This document shows positions 41,549 through 51,152 of a stretch of 64,000 bases of DNA, piece by piece. The DNA comes from Candidatus Moanibacter sp. Its GTDB lineage: Bacteria > Verrucomicrobiota > Verrucomicrobiia > Opitutales > UBA2987. How positions within the stretch are numbered: the stretch's first letter is position 1; each line of letters opens with the position of its first letter. The notes below the pieces were generated by a model that saw only the letters and a program-made list of their open reading frames with translations, was not told where the DNA came from and searched no databases. The DNA lies in NCBI GenBank assembly GCA_965215885.1, contig CBDCEW010000105.1, forward strand, positions 352,001-416,000. The letters are read 5' to 3'. The position numbers and the translations under genes are program-made.

Positions 41549-41974
41549 TCATTCCAGCATATTGACGCGGCGTTCATGCCGACCGCCATGGAAAGGGGTA
41601 GCGAGCCAAAGACGAACGATCTCCAGAGCAGTATCCATATCAATCATACGCTGTCCAATAGAGAGCATGTTGGCATCGTTGTGCTCACGCGAAAGTCTAG
41701 CCGTTTCAAGATTCCAACAGAGAGCACATCGAATCCCATTCACCTTGTTTGCGCACATCGCTTCACCATTTCCCGATCCGCCGAGAACGATACCGCGTTC
41801 GCAGCGTCCTTCCGCAACTGCTTGAGCGGCGGGACGAATGAAGAGAGGATAATCCACCGAATTGTCGCTCTCTGTTCCAAAATCCTCCACTTCATGGCCC
41901 AATTTGAAAAGGAGCGTCTTTATGGCCTCCTTGTATTGGTATCCCGCGTGGTCTGTCCCCAGTGAGATTTTCAT
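41549..41974 (-). CDS. rpiB: Ribose-5-phosphate isomerase B
   Basis: GTDHAG, SVDYP, GGSGNGE, ANKVNGIRCA, REHNDAN, GGRHERR. Confidence 0.95.
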   Translation of the reverse strand: MKISLGTDHAGYQYKEAIKTLLFKLGHEVEDFGTESDNSVDYPLFIRPAAQAVAEGRCERGIVLGGSGNGEAMCANKVNGIRCALCWNLETARLSREHNDANMLSIGQRMIDMDTALEIVRLWLATPFHGGRHERRVNMLE

Positions 41975-42227
41975 GGAAAGTGATCGCTAATTTGAGCCTG
42001 TTCGAAAAGGGTAAACGTCCTCTGTTGTGAGCGCTTTGGGAGTCCCGCCCAGCGGGACAATGCGGATCTGCTCGGAACAACCTGTAAACGAGGTTTTCCT
42101 ATTCCGGGCCTCGACTGTCAATACGGTACCATGGTTACGCACGGAATCATCCAAGAATAACCTTCGAATTGCCAGATCTGAAGAAATCGGCAAGCATTCA
42201 TTCCTTTTCCGGGATAGATTGCGGCTA

Positions 42228-43394
42228 ATGATGCTACTCCATCGCTATATTTTCACATCAGTGTTGTTCTCAAGCGTTGCCGCAGTTGGCCTTTTCGTAT
42301 TTGTCCTTCTCACGGGAAACGCCTTGAGGGATATAATCGGTTTACTGGCGGCCGGCCGTCTCTCCTGGAGCATGTTTTTCGAGCTCTTGCTGCTTCTTGT
42401 TCCCTATGTGTTCTCCTATGCGATGCCTCTGGGGATCTTGACGGGCATCCTGATCGTGTTGGGCCGCTTATCTGCCCAGCGCGAGATTGTTGCGCTGAAA
42501 TCGGCCGGTTTATCCATCTGGCACCTTGCCGCTCCGATATTTGCGATCGCTTTGATCGGCGTTGTTGTTTCCTCCTTCATTAACAATTACTACGCGCCCA
42601 ACGCCAAGATCCGCTATCGAACGATGCTATTAAATGTTGTCAGGGAAGATCCTTTGCGTTTCGTGCGGGTCGGCGCCCCCATACACGAGTTTACCGGTTA
42701 TGTTCTCTACGTAGGAAGCAAAGCGGGAAATTCCTTGGAGGATTTCTGGATTTGGGAACTCGATGAAAATCATCGGGCGACAAAACTCTTAAGAGCCCAA
42801 AGGGGGGAGTTTGCTTACGATGAAGACTCCGACGCTCTCGTCCTTACTCTGCGGGAAGGGTTCTCAGAACTTCGCAACCAACGAAATCCAGATGATCTTA
42901 GCAGAGTGGGGTTCACCGCATCATTCAAGGAAGCGCGCATTCGCCTCCCGCTCGATCACATTCTCGGAAAGAGGCGCGCATATACGAGCCTCTCGGCCCT
43001 TAACCTGGGCGCTCTTTTGCGAAGGAAATCTGAGTATTCCCCTGACATAGAGCAGTTCGATCACCTCCCCGAATCGAAGGATGGGCAGCGGTCCAGATTG
43101 GTCGAAGAGAGAGTCCGGGTGCAGTTTCAGATACAGAGAAACTTTGCCATGGCATTTTCGATCATTTCCCTCGCATTTATTGGTGTTCCTCTCGGTATCA
43201 GGGTAGGGCGCCGGGAGACGTATGCCAATCTCGCCCTCGCGCTCTTTCTTGCCCTTGCCTATTACTTCCTGATAATTGCAGTGGGATGGTTCGAAAAGCA
43301 ACCGGCGTTCCGACCGGATCTGCTTGTCTGGTTGCCTAATTTTGTCTTCCAGGGGTGTGGTCTCTGGATGATCGTGAGGGCGAATCGGGTTTAG
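42228..43394 (+). CDS. LptF/LptG-family LPS export permease
   Basis: LLHRYIF, GRLSAQREIVALKSAGLS, GVPLGI, WLPN; start taken at ATG 42228. Confidence 0.88.
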   Translation: MMLLHRYIFTSVLFSSVAAVGLFVFVLLTGNALRDIIGLLAAGRLSWSMFFELLLLLVPYVFSYAMPLGILTGILIVLGRLSAQREIVALKSAGLSIWHLAAPIFAIALIGVVVSSFINNYYAPNAKIRYRTMLLNVVREDPLRFVRVGAPIHEFTGYVLYVGSKAGNSLEDFWIWELDENHRATKLLRAQRGEFAYDEDSDALVLTLREGFSELRNQRNPDDLSRVGFTASFKEARIRLPLDHILGKRRAYTSLSALNLGALLRRKSEYSPDIEQFDHLPESKDGQRSRLVEERVRVQFQIQRNFAMAFSIISLAFIGVPLGIRVGRRETYANLALALFLALAYYFLIIAVGWFEKQPAFRPDLLVWLPNFVFQGCGLWMIVRANRV

Positions 43395-43535
43395 CTTCTT
43401 GACCCGGTCTGTCGGGTCAGATATCCTCTGGTGCAATACTGAAACTGCTTCTACTTTGATTGTTTCTCTATGAATTTGTTAGTGGGCTTGGTGTCGAAAT
43501 TTCCGAAAGCAAAGGAAGAATCACCGGGGGTTTTC

Positions 43536-46500
43536 GTGCGAATTTTTATCCGAACCTTATTGTTCGGCTCTATTGGAGTTTTCTGGCTGTTCTCTTCCGG
43601 TTATTCCCAGGTCACGAGCACTTGGGAGTGGAAACAGGATGGCAGTGTCATTCCATGCCAGCCAAGTGATCCCAATCCGGCTGCGAGCATCGTTTGGACA
43701 GATACCCCGGAATGGCAAAAAGACGAAATCATGGGTCCGTCGCCATGATTCAACATTGACCCGCCTCAGGTTATCTTGCAGCCCGGGAACTGGTCGACCG
43801 TTCTCTACCCGGACAACGCCAGAGGCGGCGGCGATTACAATGTCGTCATCAGCTCCGGTCCGGAGCCGGTCCTCCTGGATACGGCGGAAATCAATCAGCT
43901 TACTGTGTCAGCTCCTCTCCAACTCGGATTCAGGGGACAGCTGACGATCGCCGGTGGATTGGGGGAAAATACCAGTACCATAAGGCTGAACGACACATCG
44001 GGATCTTCGGGTCAACCTCCCGGCGCTGATACATCCCGCCTGCGATTCAGCGCGGACGCTCAGCTAATGGGAGCGACATCGGGACAGATTCAATTCGTCT
44101 CGCCCAATTTCAACGTGATCGAGTCGACTGCTCCTGGAATAACGCTGACGATTGATTCTAATCAATCTATTGTCACGACTCCGGGAGGCGGTACCGCCTC
44201 CGGTAATAAGGGAGAGATTGGGATCGATCTGATCAATAACGGCCTCATTCATGCCGACAATGGAACGATCCTGGTCAGTTCCAGCACGGTAACGAACAAT
44301 GCGACATTAAGCGCGACCAACTCCGCCAACCTCGATATCTCGACCGGAAACTTCGACAACAGCAACGGTCAGATTACCGTTGATGCCACAAGCGGAGGGG
44401 AATTTATGAACAGTTCCATCTCGGGGGGAAATATTACTATTTCGGGCTCCGTCTTTTTTAACGCCTCCACCTTCTCCAATCTGAACATAGACGGAGGCGG
44501 GACGGTTACAATATTTAACCCCTCTTCCTTTAACAGCGTGGAACTGGATTTGGGCCAAATCAATGTGAACACGAATCTGACTATCTCGGGAGAGACCGGC
44601 AACAACTCTTTGTTAATTTTGATTTCTGCCAGTCTGAAAATCGAAGGCAATGTGGACTTGTCGGGAATGGGCCGGATCGAGTTCAACACAGGCGGCGGAA
44701 ACGGTATTTCGGGCAGCGGCGCCGGGCCTAACGTATTGAATATCGGATCCGATCAGACCATCACGACAGATGGGGACGGGACCTTCGGTCCGATCGATGT
44801 CGACTTCGTTAATGAGGGGCAGATATTCGCCGATGGGGACGGGAGCCGGATTAATTTTGGCAATAACACGAATTCGACAAACAATGGTACCATCGCCGTG
44901 ATCAATGGGGCGGATCTCGATTTTTTTATTACTTTGGATAATTCGAACGGGCAGATCAGCGTGGATGCGACAAGCACAGCCGAGTTGGGAGGCACTATTA
45001 TGGGAGGAAACGTCACTCTCGACGCGGGTGTTTTCTTCAACGCAGTCACATTTGAGGGGGTGAATATGAACGGAAGTGGAACCGCGACCGTATTTAACGG
45101 TTCGCGCATTGACGGTGGGGCGTTGAGCCTTGGAGGCGTGTCCATTTCCAACCAACCGCTCACCCTAGGCGGCGCTCTGGTTAATAATGCGACCATCGCG
45201 CTCAGCGATCCATCTGCAGCGCCGGGTGGTGCGTCGCTTTTGGTAGACGGTGCGGTAAGCCTCGGTGGTAACGGCCGGGTTGAGTTTTCAACTGCGCACT
45301 CCAACTCCATCGGGATCGCCGCGAATCCGGCGACGGATATCCTTACAGTCGAGGCAAATCAGACTATCGCGACTACAGCCGGCTCGAGCGGATTTATAAA
45401 TCTAATGGTGATCAACAACGGAATTATCGAAGCCGATGGGGGCACCATAACGTTCAGCAATGCGTTGACCAACCCGGGGCTTTTTCGGGCGCAGAATGGA
45501 GGCACCATAACCCAGCAGGCGGATATCGACAATACGGGAGGGACCATCTCAATATTGCCGGGGAGTACTTTCAATCTGGGCAGTGGCACGGAGATTGTCG
45601 GCGGCCTCATCGACGGCGGTGGATTCATGGGATTTATCGGTGACGGAATCGTTATCTTCGATGGGGAGGGTATGGAGATTCGCGACGTAACGATTCAAAT
45701 GAACACGCGGCAAACGATTGAGCCGAAGGGAATCATTACCAATAACGCCACAATCCTTCTCAATGACACGAATTTGGGGTGTGGTCAGTTCTTCAGCGAG
45801 GCTTCAAATATATACTTCAGAGAATCTGTTACAATAAACGGGACCGGGGAAATTGTCTTCAACACTTCTGAGTGCAATCAGTTTGTTGACTTGGTTGCCG
45901 GCATCTCATTCACCAACAGCGGCGGGCATACCTTAAGCGTACCGGAGGGCAATTACGGTCTCATCCGGATCGGTATGATCAACGAAGGGCAGATAAAGGT
46001 CGAAGGAGAACTGGAATTCTCGTGCTTCAACTTGACCAACGCGGCCGGTGGGAGCATCACGGGGAGCGGCATCTTGGATCTGCAGGGTGGAACCTTAATA
46101 AGCAGCGGTGATTTCGCGCCGGGAGATTCTGCCGGGACACTGAATATTCAGGGCACCTATACGCAGGATGCATCCGGATCGCTTTCGATCGAGATCGGCG
46201 GTTTAACAGCCGGCGGTAACTATGACCAATTGGCAGTTACGAACATTGCGAACCTAGACGGTACTTTGGATATTTCCCTCATTGACGAATTTACCCCCAG
46301 CGAAGGGCAGGTCTTTACAGTCCTGACTGCTTCGTCCGTGAGCCAGACGTTTTCCAACATCCATCAGCCTCCTGATATGCCAAACGACCTGTTTTTCAGG
46401 GTAACTTACCTGGCAAGTTCGGTTACTTTGACGGTGGTTAAGATAAATATCTACAGTCTTTGGGTTGAGGCCAGGTTCCAACCGTCGGAACAGTCTGACG

Positions 46501-46863
46501 CCAACATAAGCGGGTTTGACAAGGACCCGGATGGAGACGGGCTGGCAAATCTTCTCGAATACGCCTTTGTCCTCGATCCCAATTCCCCAAACGGCCGACC
46601 GATCGAGGTCGGCACAGCGGCGGAGGGAAATGATACTCTTTTTACGATTACCTTTCCCTTTCCATCGGACTCGGGGAATACCGATCTGATACTGGACGTG
46701 GAAAGTTCAACGACTCTCCAAACGGCCAGCTTGGTCAACCGTAGGCTTTAACACCGAAACGCCGGTGCCCCAGGGAAATGGAATCGACCTCGTGACCGTG
46801 AAAGTGACTGTTCCGATTGGAGTTGGGCCGACATTTTATCGGCTTGTCCTCCAAATCGATTGA
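43536..46863 (+). pseudogene. Large secreted Gly/Asn/Thr-rich beta-helix-like surface protein, interrupted
   Basis: Signal-peptide-like start; in-frame TGA at 43746-43748 separates ORFs 43470 and 43776 (same frame); frameshift near 46731 detaches the W..FYRLVLQID tail ending at TGA 46861-46863. Confidence 0.72.
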
Positions 46864-46864
46864 T

Positions 46865-46931
46865 CTAGCAATCTGTCGGGCGTATTCCGCCTATTCCGTG
46901 AAATGGGCGGAATACGCCCGACAGATTCCTT
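46865..46931. repeat. CTAG-family palindromic element
   Basis: CTAGCAATCTGTCGGGCGTATTCCGCC...GGCGGAATACGCCCGACAGATTCC. Confidence 0.8.
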
Positions 46932-46986
46932 CGAAGTTGTAATCTGAGAATATCTCCCCTATTTATTGCGCAGATTGAACTGAGAA

Positions 46987-49900
46987 ATGTATCTGAAGAA
47001 TCTGCGGATAAACGGCTTTAAGAGCTTCGCTGATGCCACCCAGATTGCCTTGGAGCCGGGTGTTACCACGGTGGTCGGACCCAACGGCTGCGGTAAGAGC
47101 AACATCGCCGACGCAATTCGTTGGGTATTGGGCGAACAGAGTGCGAAATCGCTGCGTGCCGGCCTCATGCAGGATGTCATTTTCCAGGGTGCGGAAACGC
47201 GAAAACCGGTGAATCTGTGTGAAGTGTCTCTCCTCTTCAGCGACTGTGAAAGTGAACTTGGAACCGCTTATAATGAAGTGGAGATTACGCGCCGCGTATC
47301 CCGGGATGGTGCCAGTGATTATTTCCTAAACGGTAAAAGTTGTCGGTTGAAAGATATTAATAGCCTTTTTCTTGATACTGGTGTCGGGCGCGTCTCCTAC
47401 TCCTTTATGGTTCAAGGCCAGATCGATCAGATTCTCTCCACCAATCCCGCGGAACGCCGGACGATATTCGAAGAGGCGGCGGGCATCTCCAAATACAAGG
47501 CACAACGGCGTGAAGCATTGAATAAACTCAACCTCGTGGACACGAATCTTGCGCGAGTCACCGATGTAATGGAAGAATTGTCGCGGCAAATCGGATCCCT
47601 TCGAAGGCAGGCCGGCAAGGCACTGCGTTTTCAGCGTATAAAGAAGCGATTAACGCATCTGGATCTTGCACTGAACGCCAGCAAGTTTAGCGAATTGAGC
47701 GAGACGGTAGACTCGGTAGAAGAGGAGGCGGTAACGCTCCGAAAGCAGTCGGTAGCTCTCACTAAGGTCCTGATCGGACGCGAAGAGGGACTGAATGCAA
47801 AGAGAGAGGATCGCAGTGTGCTCTATGAGTCGTTGAGAAGTTCTCAACAGACAGTTTTTGATCTACGATCGGAAAAGGAGCAGGCGGAGAATAAGGCCGA
47901 GTTTTCCGAGATTCGCGGTAGAGATCTCAGTGAAAGGATCGCCGATCTGAAGGTGGAGATTTCAGTTTTTGGAAAACAGAAAGATACGCTTGTTGAACAG
48001 GCTGAAGGGGACTCTCGTGACAAAGAGAAACAGCTCAGTGTGGTAGGTAATTCTGATGACGTCTATAAGGAGCGAAGTGAACAACTCGACGTCGTGCAAA
48101 GGAAAATTTCGGAAGCGGCGAGTGAAATCCAGCAACAAAGACAGGATATCCTGGTGACGGAGAGCAAGGTCACCCGATTGCGTTCCGAATGCACGACTTT
48201 GGAGATCGACCAGAAGACTTATCAGGTTCGCCACTCCAAGATCAGCGAAGAGATCTTTGTCTCCAAGAATGACTGCATTGAATTGGAGAAGGGTTTGAAG
48301 GCCATCCAAGAAGCCTTGAAAACTCGGCTTAAGGATAAGGAAAAGGAAGAGGCGGGCTTGGAGAAACTTCAGAAGGATTTGGGCACCCTCAAGGAGGAGT
48401 TTCGCAGCCTCCAGACTGAAATCCTGGAAGTTGATCGTAAACTGGCTCAGGAGACGGCGCAGTTGAGTATTCTCGAGGAACTCAAGGAGAAGTTGGAAGG
48501 TTTCAGCGATGGTGCGAAAGCGATTCTGCGCGGTGAGCTGAAGGAAACCCTGGAGAAGGATTCCTTTCGTGTCCTGACCAAGAATCTCCTGATCGAGAGT
48601 GGGTATACCAAAGCTATGATCGGCTTGTTGGGATCGGCCGTCGACGCCATTATATTGGATGATCCAGGTAGGGTGATTTCGGTCACGGATCAGTTGGAAG
48701 CGCGGAAGCTGGGAAGGGCCTGCCTTCAGGTAGAAGCGCCGCCGAGGACGTTCAGTAGCAGGAAGGACCATCCGGAATCGTTGCGGCGCGCGGAAGATGT
48801 GGTGGGCACGAATGAACCGAAGCTGGAACGATTTCTGAGTAATCTGTTGAGCGACTGCTACTTCTGTGAAACGCTGGCGGACTTCCTCGAGTTCTGGCGA
48901 GAAAATCCCACTTTCGAGTTTCTCTTTGTCGCCACGCGCAACGGTGAACTTGTTGACCGCCGTGGTCTGATATACAGTGGGCATAAGCGGGGAGAGTCCG
49001 GCACCTATCTCGAACGCGAGTCTGAGATTAAGACGCTCCGGCGGAATAGTGCGGACAACGAGCAGAAACTTACCAACTTGCGCAAGAAAGACGACAAGCT
49101 CCTTGTTCGACTCGATAAGGCCGAGAATGATCTGGAAGTTAAGCGAAAGACTATTCTCGAGATTGCCCAGGAGCTCTCTACTGCGAGAGGACAGGAGCTC
49201 GTAGCGAAGGAAAATCTGGAGCAGGATAAGCGTAGGATGGCGGAAGGGGAAAAAGAGCTGAGCGCCCTCGAGAAAAGCAAGGAGAAGTCTGAAAAATCGT
49301 TGACTGATTCCCAGGGGCAACTGCAGGACGCGGAGTCAGAATTGGAGCAATATAAACTTGGCGTCGGGGAGATCGAGAAGAAGCTCGAAAAGTTCAGAGA
49401 GGAACGTGAGATCAATAGGGATAAGGTCTCCGATGTGCGCATTGAACTCGCCGAAAAACGTCAGCAGCTTGAGACTATCGATCGGGGGCTTGGAGAAATT
49501 GAAAGACAGACTGCAGAGTTGGATCAGCTGATACTGAAGCGTAATCAGGAAGTCGATACCTTACATGAACAGATAGAGGGCTTGGAGGAAGAGTCGAAAG
49601 AACAAAAAAATAGGGCAGCGGAAATTGAAAAAACCCTAAAAGTGACGAGTGAAACCTTGGAAAGAGATCGCACGCGTTTACTCGATACCGAACGCGAAAT
49701 AAAGGAGCTCGAAGAGTCCCTCGCCACCCAGCGTGAAGAACACCACAACGTAGAATCCGAGCTCAATCGGCACGAAGTTCAATTGGCCAGACAATCGTCG
49801 GAGCTGAATTTTCTCATCGAGGAAGTGCGTCGAGAGTATGACGTCGATCTCAGATCTATCGACTGGAAACGGGAGTTGTGGTTAGCCGGCGATCGCCTTG

Positions 49901-50697
49901 TGGAGAGGGTCAAACTTGATATGGATAGCGAATCCGCTTTCGAGGAGGCGGAAGAGGACGATCGTGGGGAACCGGACGAAGCCGACTTGAAAGGGCTGGA
50001 AAACACGAGGTGGGAGGATGTATCTAAGGAAGTCGAGGCGCTGCGTGAGCGAATTAGCTCGATGGGCCCCGTAAATCTCATTGCAATCCAGGAATACAAG
50101 GAATTGAAGGAGCGGCATGAATTTCTCAACGCGCAAAGCGATGATTTGTGGAATTCGAAGGAACAGCTATTGTCCGCCATCGATGAGATTAACCGCACCT
50201 CCGAGCAGCTTTTTAAGGATACCTTTGACCAGGTAAGAAAGAATTTCGCCTATACATTCGATACTCTTTTCGGTGGTGGGATATCCGATCTTGTGCTTAT
50301 CGATAGCGAAGACGTTCTGGAGTCCGGGATCGATATCATCGCGCGACCTCCGGGCACACGTCTGAAAAATTTGGCGCTTCTAAGTGGAGGCCAGAAAACC
50401 ATGACCGCGGTGGCCCTCTTGTTCGCGATCTATATGGTCAAGCCCAGCCCGTTTTGCATGCTCGATGAACTTGATGCTCCTTTGGATGATGCCAATATTG
50501 GACGGTTCGTGAAGATGCTGCTGCAATTTACGAAATACTCCCAATTTGTCATTATAACACATAATAAACGCACAATAGCATCTTCCACCTCGATCTTTGG
50601 TGTCACTATGCAGGAGAAAGGTGTATCCAAAATGGTTTCCATGCGCTTCAACAGGGCCTCTGGAAAACCGGAAGAGTTGGCCGAAGTCCCTGGCTAG
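46987..50697 (+). CDS. smc: Chromosome segregation protein SMC
   Basis: GFKSFA, GPNGCGKSN, long coiled coils with hinge, LSGGQKT, LDELDAPLD. Confidence 0.96.
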   Translation: MYLKNLRINGFKSFADATQIALEPGVTTVVGPNGCGKSNIADAIRWVLGEQSAKSLRAGLMQDVIFQGAETRKPVNLCEVSLLFSDCESELGTAYNEVEITRRVSRDGASDYFLNGKSCRLKDINSLFLDTGVGRVSYSFMVQGQIDQILSTNPAERRTIFEEAAGISKYKAQRREALNKLNLVDTNLARVTDVMEELSRQIGSLRRQAGKALRFQRIKKRLTHLDLALNASKFSELSETVDSVEEEAVTLRKQSVALTKVLIGREEGLNAKREDRSVLYESLRSSQQTVFDLRSEKEQAENKAEFSEIRGRDLSERIADLKVEISVFGKQKDTLVEQAEGDSRDKEKQLSVVGNSDDVYKERSEQLDVVQRKISEAASEIQQQRQDILVTESKVTRLRSECTTLEIDQKTYQVRHSKISEEIFVSKNDCIELEKGLKAIQEALKTRLKDKEKEEAGLEKLQKDLGTLKEEFRSLQTEILEVDRKLAQETAQLSILEELKEKLEGFSDGAKAILRGELKETLEKDSFRVLTKNLLIESGYTKAMIGLLGSAVDAIILDDPGRVISVTDQLEARKLGRACLQVEAPPRTFSSRKDHPESLRRAEDVVGTNEPKLERFLSNLLSDCYFCETLADFLEFWRENPTFEFLFVATRNGELVDRRGLIYSGHKRGESGTYLERESEIKTLRRNSADNEQKLTNLRKKDDKLLVRLDKAENDLEVKRKTILEIAQELSTARGQELVAKENLEQDKRRMAEGEKELSALEKSKEKSEKSLTDSQGQLQDAESELEQYKLGVGEIEKKLEKFREEREINRDKVSDVRIELAEKRQQLETIDRGLGEIERQTAELDQLILKRNQEVDTLHEQIEGLEEESKEQKNRAAEIEKTLKVTSETLERDRTRLLDTEREIKELEESLATQREEHHNVESELNRHEVQLARQSSELNFLIEEVRREYDVDLRSIDWKRELWLAGDRLVERVKLDMDSESAFEEAEEDDRGEPDEADLKGLENTRWEDVSKEVEALRERISSMGPVNLIAIQEYKELKERHEFLNAQSDDLWNSKEQLLSAIDEINRTSEQLFKDTFDQVRKNFAYTFDTLFGGGISDLVLIDSEDVLESGIDIIARPPGTRLKNLALLSGGQKTMTAVALLFAIYMVKPSPFCMLDELDAPLDDANIGRFVKMLLQFTKYSQFVIITHNKRTIASSTSIFGVTMQEKGVSKMVSMRFNRASGKPEELAEVPG

Positions 50698-50850
50698 GAA
50701 TCTGTCGGACTCTGACCGTGTTTAGCGAGATTGCTTATGGTCTTAGAGTTCTTGCAGATTTATTCGCTGTTCGGGGTCCCCTTGCTTCGAGCATCGAACT
50801 AAGGCATTCGCCGTCACGCTAAACACGGTCAGAGTCCGACAGATTCCTTG
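50694..50850. repeat. CTAG-family MITE with 32-bp perfect terminal IR
   Basis: AGGAATCTGTCGGACTCTGACCGTGTTTAGCG (50696-50727) / reverse complement at 50817-50848; left CTAG contains the smc stop. Confidence 0.88.
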
Positions 50851-50851
50851 G

Positions 50852-51022
50852 AAGAAAATGAACCTGAGATTTGAGACATATTGTCATATCTATTGCGTAT
50901 TCGACCACGAATCTAATGATGCAATATTGTGAATTTGGGGTTGATCATATCAAAGTGGCTTGTAGCAAAACCGGTGTGCAATGATTCGTCCTCTTATCCA
51001 CAAATCTCAGGTTCATTTTCTT
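50852..51022. repeat. Second MITE-like element with 22-bp perfect IR and AT-rich core
   Basis: AAGAAAATGAACCTGAGATTTG (50852-50873) / CAAATCTCAGGTTCATTTTCTT (51001-51022). Confidence 0.78.
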
Positions 51023-51026
51023 GTTT

Positions 51027-51094
51027 CTAGCAACCTGTCGGAAGGAAACCGAGTAACTCTTCCGAAAGAGGCATAAAGTCCGACAGGCTGCTAG
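51027..51094. repeat. 68-bp CTAG-family MITE
   Basis: CTAGCAACCTGTCGGA...TCCGACAGGCTGCTAG; same length and core as 30749-30816. Confidence 0.85.
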
Positions 51095-51152
51095 CCCTTC
51101 AGTCTCCAGTACGGTAGCCGACTTATCATATTGAAGAGAAGCGAGTCGCGTC

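Noticed and set aside
43746..43790. Selenocysteine read-through of the in-frame TGA
   Set aside because: No convincing SECIS hairpin or redox motif, and the gene has a second lesion
47962..49320. 452-aa antisense ORF inside smc (likewise 15634-16683 inside glnS)
   Set aside because: Antisense mirrors of strongly conserved genes; composition reflects the complementary codon bias
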